From Nemertoderma westbladi (lineage: Eukaryota > Animalia > Xenacoelomorpha), in NCBI GenBank assembly GCA_032718475.1, contig JAUCBJ010005021.1, forward strand, positions 16,451-80,450: 64,000 bases of DNA, in the 5' to 3' direction. This document shows, in pieces, positions 1 to 13,847 of the stretch. The translations under genes and the position numbers were made by a program. Under the pieces are notes generated by a model. It ran no database searches, was not told the origin of the DNA, and saw only the letters and a list, made by a program, of their open reading frames with translations. Within the stretch, counting starts at the first letter, position 1. Each line of letters starts with the position of its first letter.

Positions 1-842
1 TTACTGCTGAGCTTGTTACTAATGTCCATCCATTTCCAATGTCATTGTACTTCATGGCAGTGTCTTCATGACAAATCCGATGTTCTTGGATGCAGATGAT
101 GTCGATGTTATATTCCATTGCCAGAGCAACCATGTCACCCTGTTTGCTCTGTGCTTTCAGCGTGCGTGCGTTCATTGTAGCAATCTTTAGTGTCTTTTTA
201 CATTTCAACAGGTTGGTTCTTCTTTCTTCTCTGTCTTCTGTTCCAGTAGCCAATTTATCGACCCCCAGCCTGGTGTACCACTGAGGGACGCGGTCCTTGT
301 TGACCCGGGCGACGACCGAGCCGGTATTTCTCCTGGAGGGTTCTCATACTCATATCTTTCAGTTGCGGGAGTAAACCGCTTGTGGTCGCAACTCCTACAA
401 GCGTCTTCGCAGTAGGTCGCCGTTGGTTGATTACCTTCCGCCGTCCTTGTCAGCATGTCTAGCCGTTGGTTGATTACCTTCCGCCTATCCATGGCCTACA
501 GCCCTGCTGCCGACTGTAGGGGTCCATTTGTTACACCCTGAACCAAGTGTGCCTCCTGGGTTAGGTTACCTAACACTGGTAGAGGAGCATCCAGTATAGA
601 CAGGGCAGAGCTTGTATCATCTCTAATGCAGATGCGTATCAAGCCTTTGCCTTCAATGGTGCCCTAGGCGCTATAGCCCTCAATGACTTATTTAGTTGAC
701 GGGGCTGAACCAACCCACTCTTGATCAACTAAATAATGAATAGGCTATGCTTATCGGGCCTGCCCTACTGGGCTGACAGCTACAGGTAGTACCACTTTAC
801 TGCCATAGTGGTAGCAGGATCTGGGGACCTGACCTGACCTGA
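1..842 (-). mobile_element. 5' part of an RTE-clade LINE (structured 5' UTR, short upstream ORF, start of APE endonuclease); runs off the window start
   Basis: Minus strand 1-~215 translates LLKCKKTLKIATMNARTLKAQSKQGDMVALAMEYNIDIICIQEHRICHED, matching the APE N-terminal TxNxRTL and IQEHR motifs. Short uORF at 353-255 (MSMRTLQEKYRLGRRPGQQGPRPSVVHQAGGR) overlaps it in another frame. (CAGGT)3 at ~826-842 is the likely 5' edge; boundary approximate. Confidence 0.8.
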
Positions 843-1059
843 AATCCTTGAACAGAGCTTCTGTATTCCTTAAAAAAACAGAATGTGGTATATCTGGGGG
901 CTTATGGCCAATGCACTGGGTCCATTATAAATCCCAGCCTTCTAGTTCGCTTCTTAAACTGAGTCAAAGCCGAGAACAATAGATAGGAAGATATGAAGTC
1001 TAGATATGAAGTCCTGAAGATGGATTGGATTTCGTTTGACGCCCAGAATTCAGGCTGAT

Positions 1060-1490
1060 ACACTACATCAGTAGCTGCTTGAAGATTGTGGTAGAAATTT
1101 TCCACCTCCTCTACTGGGACAAAAGTGGGTGAATAGCATCTTGGGAAACCCATCTTAGGAAACTTCTTACCCAGTCTTACAGAACATGAGAAGTGGTAAC
1201 AGATAATGCGGTTGGTTATTTGGTCTATTTTATCCAATGCTGCATGTCCAGTTTGATTCATCGATATACCAATTCCTCCATTACCACTGCCATCTGCTAG
1301 GGCAATGGAGAGTCGCCAACTACTCCCCATGTCCTTAATCAGAACCTCATCAGTCTACCCATTCTGCATTCTGTGCTCTTGAACACCCACTGCGCTAAGG
1401 CAGGCATAGCCTGTTTATCAGGGATGTCATCTTGCCTTGTTGCTGTGGGGAAAGTGTTAGGGTGTTACCTAAGGCGAGTCTTAGTGACTT
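1060..1490 (-). pseudogene. Degraded second RTE-like APE endonuclease fragment
   Basis: Minus strand reads VGVQEHR...GSGNGGIGI...DQITNRIICYHF...CYSPTFVPVEEVENFYHNL (RTE APE motifs QEHR, GGIG, CYSPT, FY), with an internal stop. Confidence 0.65.
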
Positions 1491-4400
1491 GCATCAGGTT
1501 CAGCAATGGCTGGATTGCTCAGGGGAGGGGGGGGGGGGGGTGAGAGTAGAATCAAACTCTAGAATCCCTCTTTCCTTCACAACTGGGCTCCCTGGTGACA
1601 CAATGTTTGGGCCCAAATCTCATCAGGAAAGGACTCAAGAATTGTTCGCCACACTCTCTCTCTCTCCAGTAATGGGTAAGACATGCAGCCAGTTAGGCGA
1701 TATATGTTTCCCTAATGTCGTTTGCGTCTGGTAAATACACTGGCCCCTAATGGCATGACCTCCGCCTGCATACTGATATGTTTCCATAGTGTGAGTTGTG
1801 GGGTGAATATTTTTCAGAGTCAGCTCCCTAGTTTGCCATTCCACAGGGCAGATGTCGCTGTAGAGTCAGATATGTCACCCACTGTCTCTCTGATGCACAT
1901 GACCCACCATTGGTTATGCAGTTCATGCCTGCTGCCAGGTGCAGGTTGCAGTGGAGAGCGCTCAAATGGTACAAGAGCAGCACTCTACTTTTCACCAACC
2001 ATTAATAGATTACCATCTGCCTGTGTCAGGCCATATACCCCTATAGCCGAATATAGGTCCTTAACTCAGAATCTAGAAGGACCTATTTACGAGACCAGAC
2101 GTTATGCCCACAGTAAGATGGTTTAGATGCTTTAGTAAGATCTCAGTAAGATGGTGCCACACAGGTGGCAGGCACATGTCCTTTACAGTATGCGCCGCGG
2201 ATTTGGCAGGTTTTCTTGATCAATTACCCAGAAGAACTGACTTAAATCAGACATTACACTATTAGTGCGACTGAGCACATCAACCTTATAGCACTGCCAC
2301 TATAGATATGATTGTATCTCGTGATTTATACTACTGCAGTAATATACATTTATTGGAATATCATTGATGGAAATAAGTTACATCAACTTGATAATATAGA
2401 TACTCATCTTTACAGATAAGAGGGGGGGGGGGGGGGGGGATATTACATATGACATATGGGTGATATCTCATACGACTTTCGACGCAATATAAATTCACCC
2501 CACTCCGAGAAAACATCCCCTAAAATAAAACTGTAACCTGTTATATTGAATTTAGTTTATTGTTTTGGTTAGAATAATGCCCCAATATGAACATTTTTAT
2601 CGCTAAATAGGGAGTAATGAGAGATAATTAATAGAGATATAATTTTACAAGGAAATGTTCTGATATGAAGGAGCAATTTACTATACATGTATTCTTTATC
2701 ACTCTTTCCCATACATAAGTTACATGCTGCAGGTGATGTTGTCATTTGAAATCTCATATTTTCCCAGGGAGGTAATGCGTTTTTTCTTCTCAGGCATTTG
2801 CATAAGTTGCAACATATCTTTTTTTAACGTAATTATTAATGATTAACTAGCTAGCTACAGTAGGCCTAATAATGCTGCTGGTATAGCATAGATACTTATG
2901 AATGACGGGGGATATTTAATTTGGTCAACGCGCACAGCCAGCAGTATCCAGGTTGAGGAAGGACCCGGCTCTATAAGAGCTTAGTTGTATGTATGTTTAA
3001 AGTGGATTAAATTCGACTTCTGAGTTCATAAATTGACATCTGGTAAACACCCACCTATATGTAGTACGTATTATTTGTTTGAAATATTTTTTAGCGTCAA
3101 TCACGAAAATCGATTTAAGTTTCTTGGGTTGATGAATTTTCTCACATCATTCATCATTACATTTGAAGTCTCAACCCAATTCAAACATCACACGACCCAC
3201 CAACCCAGCGATCTTAACATATCTATTGAAATAATTATTAAAGCTCATGTGATATTGATCATTATTATTGTAACGTATGCCGCGGGACTAAACTAAGTAT
3301 TCGCTCCAATAACATTTTGATATCCAATCGGCATTACTGGTCGCCCTTGTATATGATGATACCGAGTGTACGTGAAATTATATCTATTTGGATTTCCAAT
3401 ATGTACAGACAGAGATATGGTCAGTGAAGAAATGGACCACTGTGAAAAATACAAAGATTGCTACATGCTGGATGGCTGGATGCCAAAGATCAAGAAGTGT
3501 TTCCATGTACTGCTAAAGATGTTGAGAAATATCCATGGTAAACCAGAATATTAGAAAAGGTATGGCGACTCTAGAAGCAGCGGAATTAGTTTATGAAAAC
3601 TAGAACTGCCGTCAAGGATATGCATAAAAAGTGGATGCATCAGTGGACTTGAATCGTTGGTACAGAACCATGAATCAAACAATCAATCAAAGATTGTCAG
3701 AATGATGCCATCTAGCTAGTAAATGAAAATGTTATGATGTGATCGAATATCGAATGCATGATTGAGAAGTTATTGTGATTATGAATTGACAATATTTCAG
3801 CCGATGGTAAAGCTTCTGAAGTAACTACTACTACTGTAAAGTATATCCAAGAACGGTCGCAAACCGTCATGCTGATGACTAGATAGGCTAAGAATAAACT
3901 AACTACATCGCACCAGTGCGGTTATGTAGCAACCTATGTTGAAATTCGATTGCTGTTTGTAGACTGTATACATCATTAACACGTTGTGGGCCCTTCTCGC
4001 AGCACGAGAGCATATATGTAAGAAAGTCTACTAATCGTCATTAGATATACGAAAACCGTCCTTCCCAAAATATCAATGTGTGATGAATTCAGATTGCGTT
4101 ATAAAATAAATACAGAGGTGCATTTCAATTTATTTTCCCTTGCACGCATTAATTGCAATTAATATAGCTACTAACTAGTTTGCCCTCTAGCGTCTAACTT
4201 TAAAAGTGTAGATGCAACAGCGTCCCGCAAAGACGCAGCCAATTTTCTAGTACATATGACAAGTTTCAGCTTAAACGGATTAAACGGTGGAAAGGACGAA
4301 AATGCCATTAGAAGGAACTGTAAAGCTTATTAAAGTCACAAACTCTTAAGTAATGTCACTTGGATTCAATACCAACTTGACTACTAATATTAACTGTGAA

Positions 4401-6322
4401 GATTTTATTGCCAATAATTACTGTAATGATAAAGTTCCAATGTATAAGGACCATTTTTGTCAAAAGCAACTGCATTGCCAAAGGAAGTTGTTGTCTTGAT
4501 ACACAGATTCTGGATAACTTCTGATGTATTGTGCATTATGCAATCTGATGTAGTTAAGCTAATGGAAAGATTAGTCAATCAACTTTATCAGCTAATTAAC
4601 TTACCACCTCACTTTAAACAGACCACACGACCCCATGCTGAGAGCTTACCTTCAGTTTCATAGAACAGAAACTGCATTACTGTTAGTGACTAAAACGACA
4701 TTCTCCATGGAATTAAAAAGGAAAACCAAATCTATTTGGAATAAAATTCGCGGTTCGGAAGAAAATGTTGCGTTTTGATAAAATAAAGTTTAGGTAGATA
4801 CTAGATGTAGTCTTCCGTTAAGTCATTATTTTCTGCACTATTTTAATAACATTTTCTTCATTACTTGGGAAATGTTCATTTGGTTGGGTGGAAATGATAT
4901 GAATATATTAAATTGTGATTCATTAATTTTAAAATTATATTATAAACCATGTGTTGTGTATAGGTTTACGCTGAATGATAATACATTCAATATGCAGTAA
5001 AAACTACGAAGAATAAATTTGCCATAATGTAACATTTTGCGGATTTGCTACTTTTTGCGTCAAATCGCAACTGTTGCCGATTGCCAAATGGTAACATTTT
5101 TATCAAAGCATTTTTGCCAAATCGCCGTTTATTTTTGTATTAATATTTAGCACGTTGTAACAATTAAGATAACTGAATGGCAACTTTTTACCCTATTTGG
5201 TGTGACTGTTACCGAATTCTCGCAACGTCACTTGACCAACTTGAAACACATTTGAGCACTGAAGCATGTTAGAGATTCTAACAGTTGTACCGTGTATTTC
5301 AGCTATTTCAGATGCATTAGTCGTTAGTGAGGAGTGCAATATTGACATTTCGCATCAATTAATACACCCAATCTGAAAACAAACACTGATAAAACTGTCG
5401 GAATTGCAGGTCAGCATTTAGCGGATAAGAGCATCTTTGTGCGTATATACCTCTCCAATTCTGGAAAGCATGGAAGTCTAATGAAGTGAAGAAATTTACG
5501 GGTGATGATGGTGGTGAAGTGACTATATTGTATTATATTTATTGGGGACCAATATAATTATTGCAGGTCTTTTTTTGCAATGCAATGGTGGATAATTTGC
5601 AGAGGAGAGTGAATGTACAAAACAAACGCCAAGAAATAGTACCTGCTCTTAGGGAGTTTAATCAGGTTATAAATCATTACAATCTAACTGATTCTGGCAC
5701 AAATACATCCTGTGATGAAAGTAAATGGTGAATAATGTGGCCTCGGGGTCATTTAGTTCTGTGAGTATACGAAAAGACAGATCCTCATAAGATGCTCAAA
5801 TGTGGTCGTAGCTATGAAGCCTGTATAACAATACCAGAGCTTTAGAACGAAGCAGGTAATTCGCTGTTGGAATATCTCACACAATGGAAGACCGATTGTA
5901 TTTCCAGTTCCGGGGAGTTTTTGAGGGAACAGGACAAAATAAACAAGACCCAGGAAAATTACAAAATAAGTGAAAGTTATGATACATGGAAGTTATGAGT
6001 CCGGTTACAACATAAATAAATAAATATCATATGATTAATGTGCCATATAATTTAATGAAAACAGATGATATATTGGGATATAGTCTGAGTATATATTTCG
6101 TACGTTCCTCTATGTTCTTCTATTCCAACATTATTTCATGTAATATGGAAGGACACGTTGCTGGTATAGGAAGAACACCAGCAAACTCTGAAAAATGTCG
6201 GCTGGTTCCAAGATACAGACTAGTCCAAAAAGTTACAACGCCCAACCGCAGTCTGCTACGCTGTGTGCATAGCATGATCACCGTCCTGCAAATCTCTTGG
6301 ATAGGGCAGTACTATACCAGCG

Positions 6323-7233
6323 CCGGTGTCACAAGGAAATCAGCCCCCCCTAGAATATGCCCCCCGGGGCATTATTTCCTAGGATATTATGTCCCCCCGG
6401 GCAATTTTTCCTAGGAAATTTAGCCCGGGGGGGCATTTTCTCCTTAGGAAATAATGCCTCCCCTCAGGAAAATTAGACCCCCTCAAAAGTCTGAAAACTG
6501 GTACGATACCGGTCTGCTGGTAGCCACTTTTAATCTACCAACTGCAGAACTTGTAATAGTTGGAAGAATAGTACGGTACCGGTCTGCCGGTAGGTAAGCA
6601 GGTAAGGCAGTAAAGGGATGTAGTACAGCATACTGAAGTATCTAAGTCAGTAGGCTACTGTGTAGTAAGTACTGGTATAACAGCAGTGCGAGTGTGTGGT
6701 GTTGTGTGGGCGCCGAGCAGCTCCAAGCTTTTTTTAAGTCTGTAACCTGCTCCTTTCCCTGATTTGGTAAAGTGATTGTTTATTGTTTTGGTTAGAAAAT
6801 CCCGCCTCTGTAACCTGCTCCTTTCTCTCAATTGGTAATGTTATCGTTTATTGTTTTGGTTAGAAAATCCCGTCTCTGTAACCTGCTCCTTTCCCTGATT
6901 TGCTAAAGTGACTGTTTATTGTTTTGGTTAGAAAATCCCGCCTCTGTAACCTGCTCCTTTCCCTCAATTAGTTAAATGATCGTTTATTGTTTTGGTTAGA
7001 AAGGCGTAACCTGCTCCTTTACTTCATTTGGTAAAGTGACTGTTTATTGTTTTGTATAATTTTTGTAAGTTTTAGTAGTAATAAGTTTTGTTTATTGTAT
7101 AATTCAAGGGGGGCATAATTTCCTAAGGGGGGCATTTTTTCCTAGGGAAATTTGCCCGGGGGGCATTTTTTCCTAGGAAAATATGCCCCCCCGGGCACAT
7201 TTCCCGGGGGGACATATTTTCCTGTTACACCGG
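6323..7233. mobile_element. Non-autonomous foldback DNA element with TIRs, GC-rich subterminal repeats and internal 68-bp repeats
   Basis: Ends CCGGTGTCACAAGGAAAT... and ...ATTTTCCTGTTACACCGG are imperfect inverted repeats. Arms are built of GGGGGCAT/CCTAGG motifs. No clear TSD. Confidence 0.75.
6740..7054 (+). repeat. 68-bp tandem repeat (~4.5 units)
   Basis: Unit CTGTAACCTGCTCCTTTCCCTGATTTGGTAAAGTGATTGTTTATTGTTTTGGTTAGAAAATCCCGCCT starts at 6740 and 6808 (period 68). Confidence 0.95.
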
Positions 7234-8564
7234 TCGAAACTAAAATGAAACTGTCTGGGGCTCGGAAACCAGAAAATAATATTTTGCAATACGCAATGTT
7301 ATCAAATCTACTGAAAAAATAATACTTTCACAAGAGTTAATCTCAATAGCCAATTGACCTCATTTATATATCGACTAGTCTGCTACTTTTGACCGCGTTT
7401 GACATAAAAATTGTTATAGGAAGGGATCTAGGTATCTAGGATCGAAGGTAACATTGTTACTATCAATAATCAATAAAAATTGTTGACAATCTTGACAGGG
7501 CTGATGTGAAAGTGCACTTATTATTAAGAATATTATTAATAATTAATTACAATACACAAAATACCCCAATCGTCACCGTCCTGCCTAAGATTAAATTACA
7601 TATAATCTTAAGAAAACACAAATTTATCTATAATTCTATTGTAATTGATGTATATTGAACTGGTTAGTCAGACAGTAACCATGAGCTAATATGCGAAAAT
7701 ATATCAGAGTTGGATATAATATCGTAAACATATCAATAAAATTCGTTGATATTTTACTGAAAAACTCACTTTAATGTTTATCCAATATTGGGTTACTTAA
7801 TTTGCTTAGTTTCTATTCGAACCAACAGCCCCCACCCCGTACTGTACGAAGCATAATTGGATGAAATTGGCGGATGTACAGAAGCAAGATATCCCATTTA
7901 TGGAATCTTAGCAACTCTCATTAATTCCGTGATTAGTTTAAGGCGGTGATTGAGAATATGACCTGTGTTTATTATTATATCCATAGTCGTTAACTTTTGC
8001 GTTATCACGGCCTGCGATGTTACATCCTTTACAAGATTATGCCGGTTGAAGTTGTTTCAGTTACAGAGTCGGGATCACCAATGCAATTATCGATATTGAC
8101 TCGAGTTCATACCAAAATATTGAAGGTATGATATACCGAATCTGTACCTGGCACCGCACCTAGGTTTCAAAGTTCCGCTTCTATTCAGCCGAGTGTGTTG
8201 TGTCTAAGACCACTTAGCCACCAAGACGGATACTGAAGACGTTGTCCGTGACATCTAAATTTTATTTCAGTGCGCAAATTGTGACGCTCTTAAAAAAAGT
8301 CACGCTCTTATTAGTAGGCATTATTATATATTTATATACGTTGCATGTCCCTGGTGTGTTTACGTAGCAGTGTAGTAAATTCTTTCAGTAAATAATAATG
8401 TATAATATAACAAGAAAATTAGATTCCCATTGCGGTCATGTTCAGTTCATGTTTGAAATTTTGCATCAATTTTTTTTTGCATTTTGTGTTTCAGTGTTGT
8501 CTATTTTTTTTATAATAATTTAATTATATAGTATCGTTTGTGGCAAGCTAATAAATAAATACAA

Positions 8565-8625
8565 TTAGCGTAGAGGTTAAACCCATTGCCTTGAATTTAC
8601 AGGTCGTTCGATTCCGGTAGGGGGC
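8565..8625 (+). mobile_element. Possible tRNA-derived SINE head
   Basis: A-box-like TAGCGTAGAGG and B-box-like GTTCGATTCC at pol III spacing; no intact cloverleaf. Confidence 0.35.
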
Positions 8626-11028
8626 CAGGACAGTTTTCTTTTCGGCACGAATGCTTAATAAAGGGACTGGCCCGGGCGCAACTGCAGAAGAAAATGTTAT
8701 AGAATCATGATTAAATTCCTTATCAGAAAACTGGAAAAGGTCCAAGTTTGAGCCATTCGAATGCAATGTAGGCCAATATATGTAGGCCGCACTAAATATG
8801 TAGGCCTCACTTATTCAGAAACCTCTTTAAAGTGAAGTGTCACTTAATTTAATGAAAATGTCTAATATTTAAGCCAATTTAATTAGGAGTTTTAACAATT
8901 AGCTCAAAGCCCAGATGTGGGATTCGAGACGCTATGATGTCTGGAATTTACTTTTCAATTACTTTTGTTTCCACTTAATGGAAATTGAAATCTTACAGGA
9001 AGTTCACCAGGGAGTCTCCTGTTTTCAGTATTTATTATTAATAGATTACTAAAATCTATATACGCACTGTAGGCTGTAGGCTGTAGGGCTGTAGGCATAA
9101 TATAGGATGTAGGAATATAACGTGTACTTCCTGTAAAGTCTGTAATGTCCAATTTGATTATTTGAATTTCACGGCGAAATTGCCATTTGAAAAGTTCTCA
9201 TAGCGAGCACTTTTCAATAAATTTGAGGTGGTGTAATTCCGTTATTATCAGCTTATGGCGATTTTCGCGGTTTGTGATTTTATTGGAAGATGGAAAGTAG
9301 TCAATGGACAAAAGTGAAAAAAATTTCATATTAAAATACATATCATCATTATATCAAAGTACATCTGAAATCTGCCCGCACATTAAGTAAAAGTAGAGAA
9401 GAATATTAATACAATAAAGCTACTAAATATTCTAAGTGTTCCTTATTACGTGTATTGTCTGGCAAAATGGCATTTTGGTCAACTAAATCATAGACAATGA
9501 TATTGAATCGATATTTACCGGGGGTCTTTGCCACCTTAAACCCCCCACCCCCTCCCCCACCCCCACCTAAACGGTTCCTCGTTGAAATTATACTAAAATT
9601 AAATGTTTTCCAAAAACACTCCCGCCTCAGATTCTGCTGACAAGAAACTGTTTTGCACATACAGTGGCCCGCCATATCGTACTGCAAAATATCCGAATGC
9701 ATTTAAATCCAGCTACGAATTTTAATCTTTAATGAAGTTGACTTATGAAAAGGACAAAGAGAAAATGACATTAATAAACAGTAAATCTAATATTATATTT
9801 TACAAAATATATTAAATAAAAACAGTGGGTTGCTACTGGGGTTGCAACCTCAACAAGATGAAATGAATTGATGGTAACTTTTGATCTTCCGAAATGAACT
9901 TCTGCTGGTCAGCATTCATCACCGAAATATTTCCAGCAGCGGATATTTATGTTATTCCTAAAATAATTTTCCCTTTATTGTATCACAAGTATAAACAGCT
10001 GTTTATTGTACAAACTTCCATATACTAGGGCCAATGGGATACAACCAAGAGGAGCCCACTAAAAGCTTGTAATGAATGGGAGAATCTTTTAGGCTCGTTA
10101 AGCCAAGGAATGCCTGTATATATTGGACCTGTATATATTGGACTATATTATTATATACGATATTGTAATGTGTATAGTGTAGCGCTACTATAGATTGCAC
10201 GAAATAAATAGTTGCAATTCAATAATTTTATTGTTGCCAATTATAACTCTATTGTACACTATTGTGTATTATACACTATAATTCAACCAAAATAACGCAA
10301 AAATAAAATATATATAGGCTATATTTAAGATGCAATCGTGGTTCCAGTGGTTCCATATTTAAGATTTTATGATTCGTATATTTTAATATTATTTAGTATT
10401 TTAATGTAACCTTGACGCATCCACCATTCTCAGTGGGAAATACAAGAAGATTTACGTAAACCAAAACTCCCCACGAGTTTCGCTCTCACATTTATAATAA
10501 TAATTTATAATAATACTCACTTCCTTTTGCTTTGCCACGATTTGGAGCGAGGCAACCTACATACGATTAACTACGGAATTACCAACAAATTAATCAACAA
10601 AAAAGTTGAAATAGTTTACCTGACCGATGCGAAATACATAATATATACAGAAAGTGGCAACTTGGCTAATTACCAATCAACCAAGAGAACCGCTATCTAT
10701 GATTTTCGATTGGCTATGAACGCATATCGAATTAGGATCTGTTTGGCTTCATTTAATATGATGGACCTTGCATGGCATTGCACATAGAAAGCTGGCTATA
10801 TAACCGAATATCCTGCAAAACGCAACGCATCAGGAATCTCTAACGCTATTATCGCCTCTCCGCCACAGACCGTCATCTTATTAATAATTAAATTCTCACA
10901 TAATAATTTCCAAATTGGAAAATATGGAAAATAGATAACATTTTACAAGAAGTTCTACATTCGCTAACAAAGTAACAGTACAGTAGTAACAGTCAGTCGG
11001 CGTTGGTACACAATGTGGTTCGCAGTTA

Positions 11029-11350
11029 CTCTGGAGTACCGAATAGACGGGGTGGGTGGAAAATTGTGAAAACTTAAAAGGCCTATTTACTTAACATACA
11101 GTATAGGCGTACAGGTACAGTAGTACGTACATACGGCTACCGGTGGTATACTCGGTACACGGTTTCGTTTTCTTTTCTTTCACTTTCAACTCTCAAATTA
11201 TTATGAGAAGAAACGTTTATTTACTCATAATAAAAAATGCACTAATTTTTTAGAAAAAATTAATAGTGGTGTCTGGAATAGGATAATTGTGGGTGGATTT
11301 TTTTTCAAAAATTTACAGCCGTGTCGCCCTTTCTATTCGGGACTCCAGAT
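11029..11350. mobile_element. Tc1/mariner/pogo-type MITE
   Basis: TIRs CTCTGGAGTACCGAATAGACGGG / CCCTTTCTATTCGGGACTCCAGAT, with TA on both sides (11027-28, 11351-52). Confidence 0.75.
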
Positions 11351-11599
11351 TATGTGGTTTTAGTGAAAGAAAGCTAGTATTGCTAACCCGGGACCCCCAA
11401 TGTAGTTTTCTGCAATAAAATTAAGTTATCTGTACGCGCGTTAAATTGATCTTTCTAAGTTGAAATATAATTTAATTTAAAGTTAGTATTTAGACGGAAA
11501 TTTACCGCAACAATTACCTGTAATTAATCAAACATCGGTATATTTAAGTTCCAACAATCTGGTATGGTTGGATTTTGGATATGTTGCTATCCTTGTTAA

Positions 11600-12783
11600 C
11601 TCTATTAGTACCGGGCTATAAAATGTTGTAAAATTACCGCGGGGGCTAATATTGACCCCCCATCTAAAAACTCTAAAAACATCTAAAAACTCTAAAATCT
11701 ACAACTTTTAACGAAAACGTCTGATTTTTTGTTTGAACGTAGATTTCACTAGATTGAAAGTTACAATTTTCGGCTAATATTTTTCAATACAGGTTTTCTC
11801 GGGCGCAAAATCCATTTAAAATATTTAAAAATGATCTGATTACTATAAATGGCTGTGATAGTCCTTTACGTAGGTAAAAAATGAAAAAGGAAGTTACCAG
11901 CACTTTTCAGGTAGATAGAACACAAAATTTTTAATTCACTTATACGATGTTATAAATTCACATTTTCAGTCCTTCCACTGCGCTGATTCTAATGGAATTC
12001 TAATGGATTTTCGGCGCAATATGGCAAATTTTGGTGCCAGCACCATATTTCGTACCCATCGCCAAAAAGTACAAGTTTGAGATATCGAGTACTTTTTTTA
12101 TTGATTCCATCGGATTCAGAAACAACATTTCAAAAGTTCACTCAAAAACAAGATTCCGCAAGAAACAATATGATACTACTGTATCTTTTGATTAATTTAC
12201 TTATTTTCATAAATTTGGTGCTTGCACAACAATTTTCACCCACCGCCAAAAAATACAAGTTTGAAAACTCTTATGCAATTTTTACTTATTCCATTGAATT
12301 CAGAACCGTCACAAACCGGTATATCACAAGAAACAAGGTGACACAATCAATTGATATATATGATGTTTTTAAAATTTGGGCTAGCACCAAATTTTGCACA
12401 AGAACAAAAACAAGTTTGAAATTTCTAAATTAATTTATGTGAATTCCATCTAATTGCAAACACCAAAAAATAGGTGTAAATAAAAAACTACAGATGTTTC
12501 AAATTGTAATTTGTAAAATTGTAATTCAAATTTTGTAATGTAAATGTAAGTTTCAAAAAAAGACTCAAAAAAGTGCCAAAAGTAGGGTTAAAAAATGGTG
12601 ATATAACTCGAAAACTTCCCAATATTTTTGAAAACCGTTTCCACTATTAGGAAGACAATAGACTTTTAGGAAAAGTCATAAAATTTGAGTTTCCCTACTG
12701 CGTTTGTTTCACAGTTATAACATAGAATCCATGGGGGGGGGGGGGGGGGGGTCATATTGACCCTACCTCCGGGTTTAATAGGG
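11600..12783. mobile_element. piggyBac-like non-autonomous element
   Basis: TTAA at 11596-99 and 12784-87. Imperfect TIRs CTCTATTAGTACCGG / CCGGGTTTAATAGGG. Related quasi-palindromic GGGG..ATATTGACCC motif near both ends. Confidence 0.75.
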
Positions 12784-13738
12784 TTAAGCATAAATTAAAC
12801 ATAGATACCTAATTTCAATGAAATTGCAATTTCTTCATTGTATGTTAATATAATTAAATATTTCATTAAATTTAATTGTTTGCGAGGTACATGCCATGAT
12901 ATTTTAAAGTGATTGATAAAGAACAATATCTGTGTGGATAGTAAATACTGTGGACTATAATTTATTGGATCGTCGACCTTATTGTAGCTTAACTTATGAA
13001 GTTTGGAGGATGAGAAGATTAAAGAGGATGAGGTACGGTCCACTGCATCATGTTGGTTCCATCAATATGATTACCAGTATAAATGACAACATTTAATTTG
13101 CTGATTTAATTGGCCAGTGTTGATAATTCTAAATGCTGAAGATCACAATTTTCACTTGCGGTCAATGTGCGTCAGTATCTGTGATAATAATAAATACTAA
13201 AAGGAACCAGCCTATATTCGAGATGTTGTAGCCTGCACCAAAATAATATGAAACTTTACAACGACCATATCTCAGGAATCGTTCCACCAAAATTCGGGCA
13301 TGTGAACATTATAAACATGTTTCAAACCTGTTTTTGAATCTTGCTTTGCTTTCTAATGATATCCATAATTCATGTTTAATTTAAAGAACAGCCATGGTGA
13401 AAGTGGGGAAATTTACAGATAGGTAAATCGACTCAATGGTCGGCTATATGAATCCAATAACAATGCGTCTACTCTAATTACTGTCCCACATTTTCATGTA
13501 CAGCATTTGATTGGTTAATTGGTATAACTACGTACTATATATATTAGTTGGCCAGTTATTACTATTAATTATATACAGTTTTTAATGTCTATTAGGTGTC
13601 TTATAGTGTATGTATTAACTATTAGTATATGAAAGCCGACCAGCCGACCACAGGTGACTTCGGGAGGATCGCTAGAAGTCGGCTAGTTTACATAGGGAGT
13701 ATTTAGGTTAGGCCAAGTTCCAACCACTCTTGGGCCGT

Positions 13739-13847
13739 GTATAAAGGCGACTATTCGACCCAATGAACTGAGGGTATTATGTAAGCCGACCAGCCGGCCA
13801 CTTGCGACTTACTCTCAGTTCACTGGGTCGAATAGTCGCATTTATAC
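13739..13847. repeat. 38-bp-arm inverted repeat (hairpin)
   Basis: GTATAAAGGCGACTATTCGACCCAATGAACTGAGGGTA (13739-13776) versus the reverse complement of 13810-13847: 3 differences. Confidence 0.9.

Noticed and set aside
540-625. HDV-like ribozyme in the RTE 5' UTR (TGC-TCCTCTA-CCA...GG..CTAA on the minus strand)
   Set aside because: P3 and P2 are mismatched and there is no G at the cleavage position.
3350-5960. Coding-like patches, possibly an old transposase
   Set aside because: Many stops and no motif I could assign confidently.
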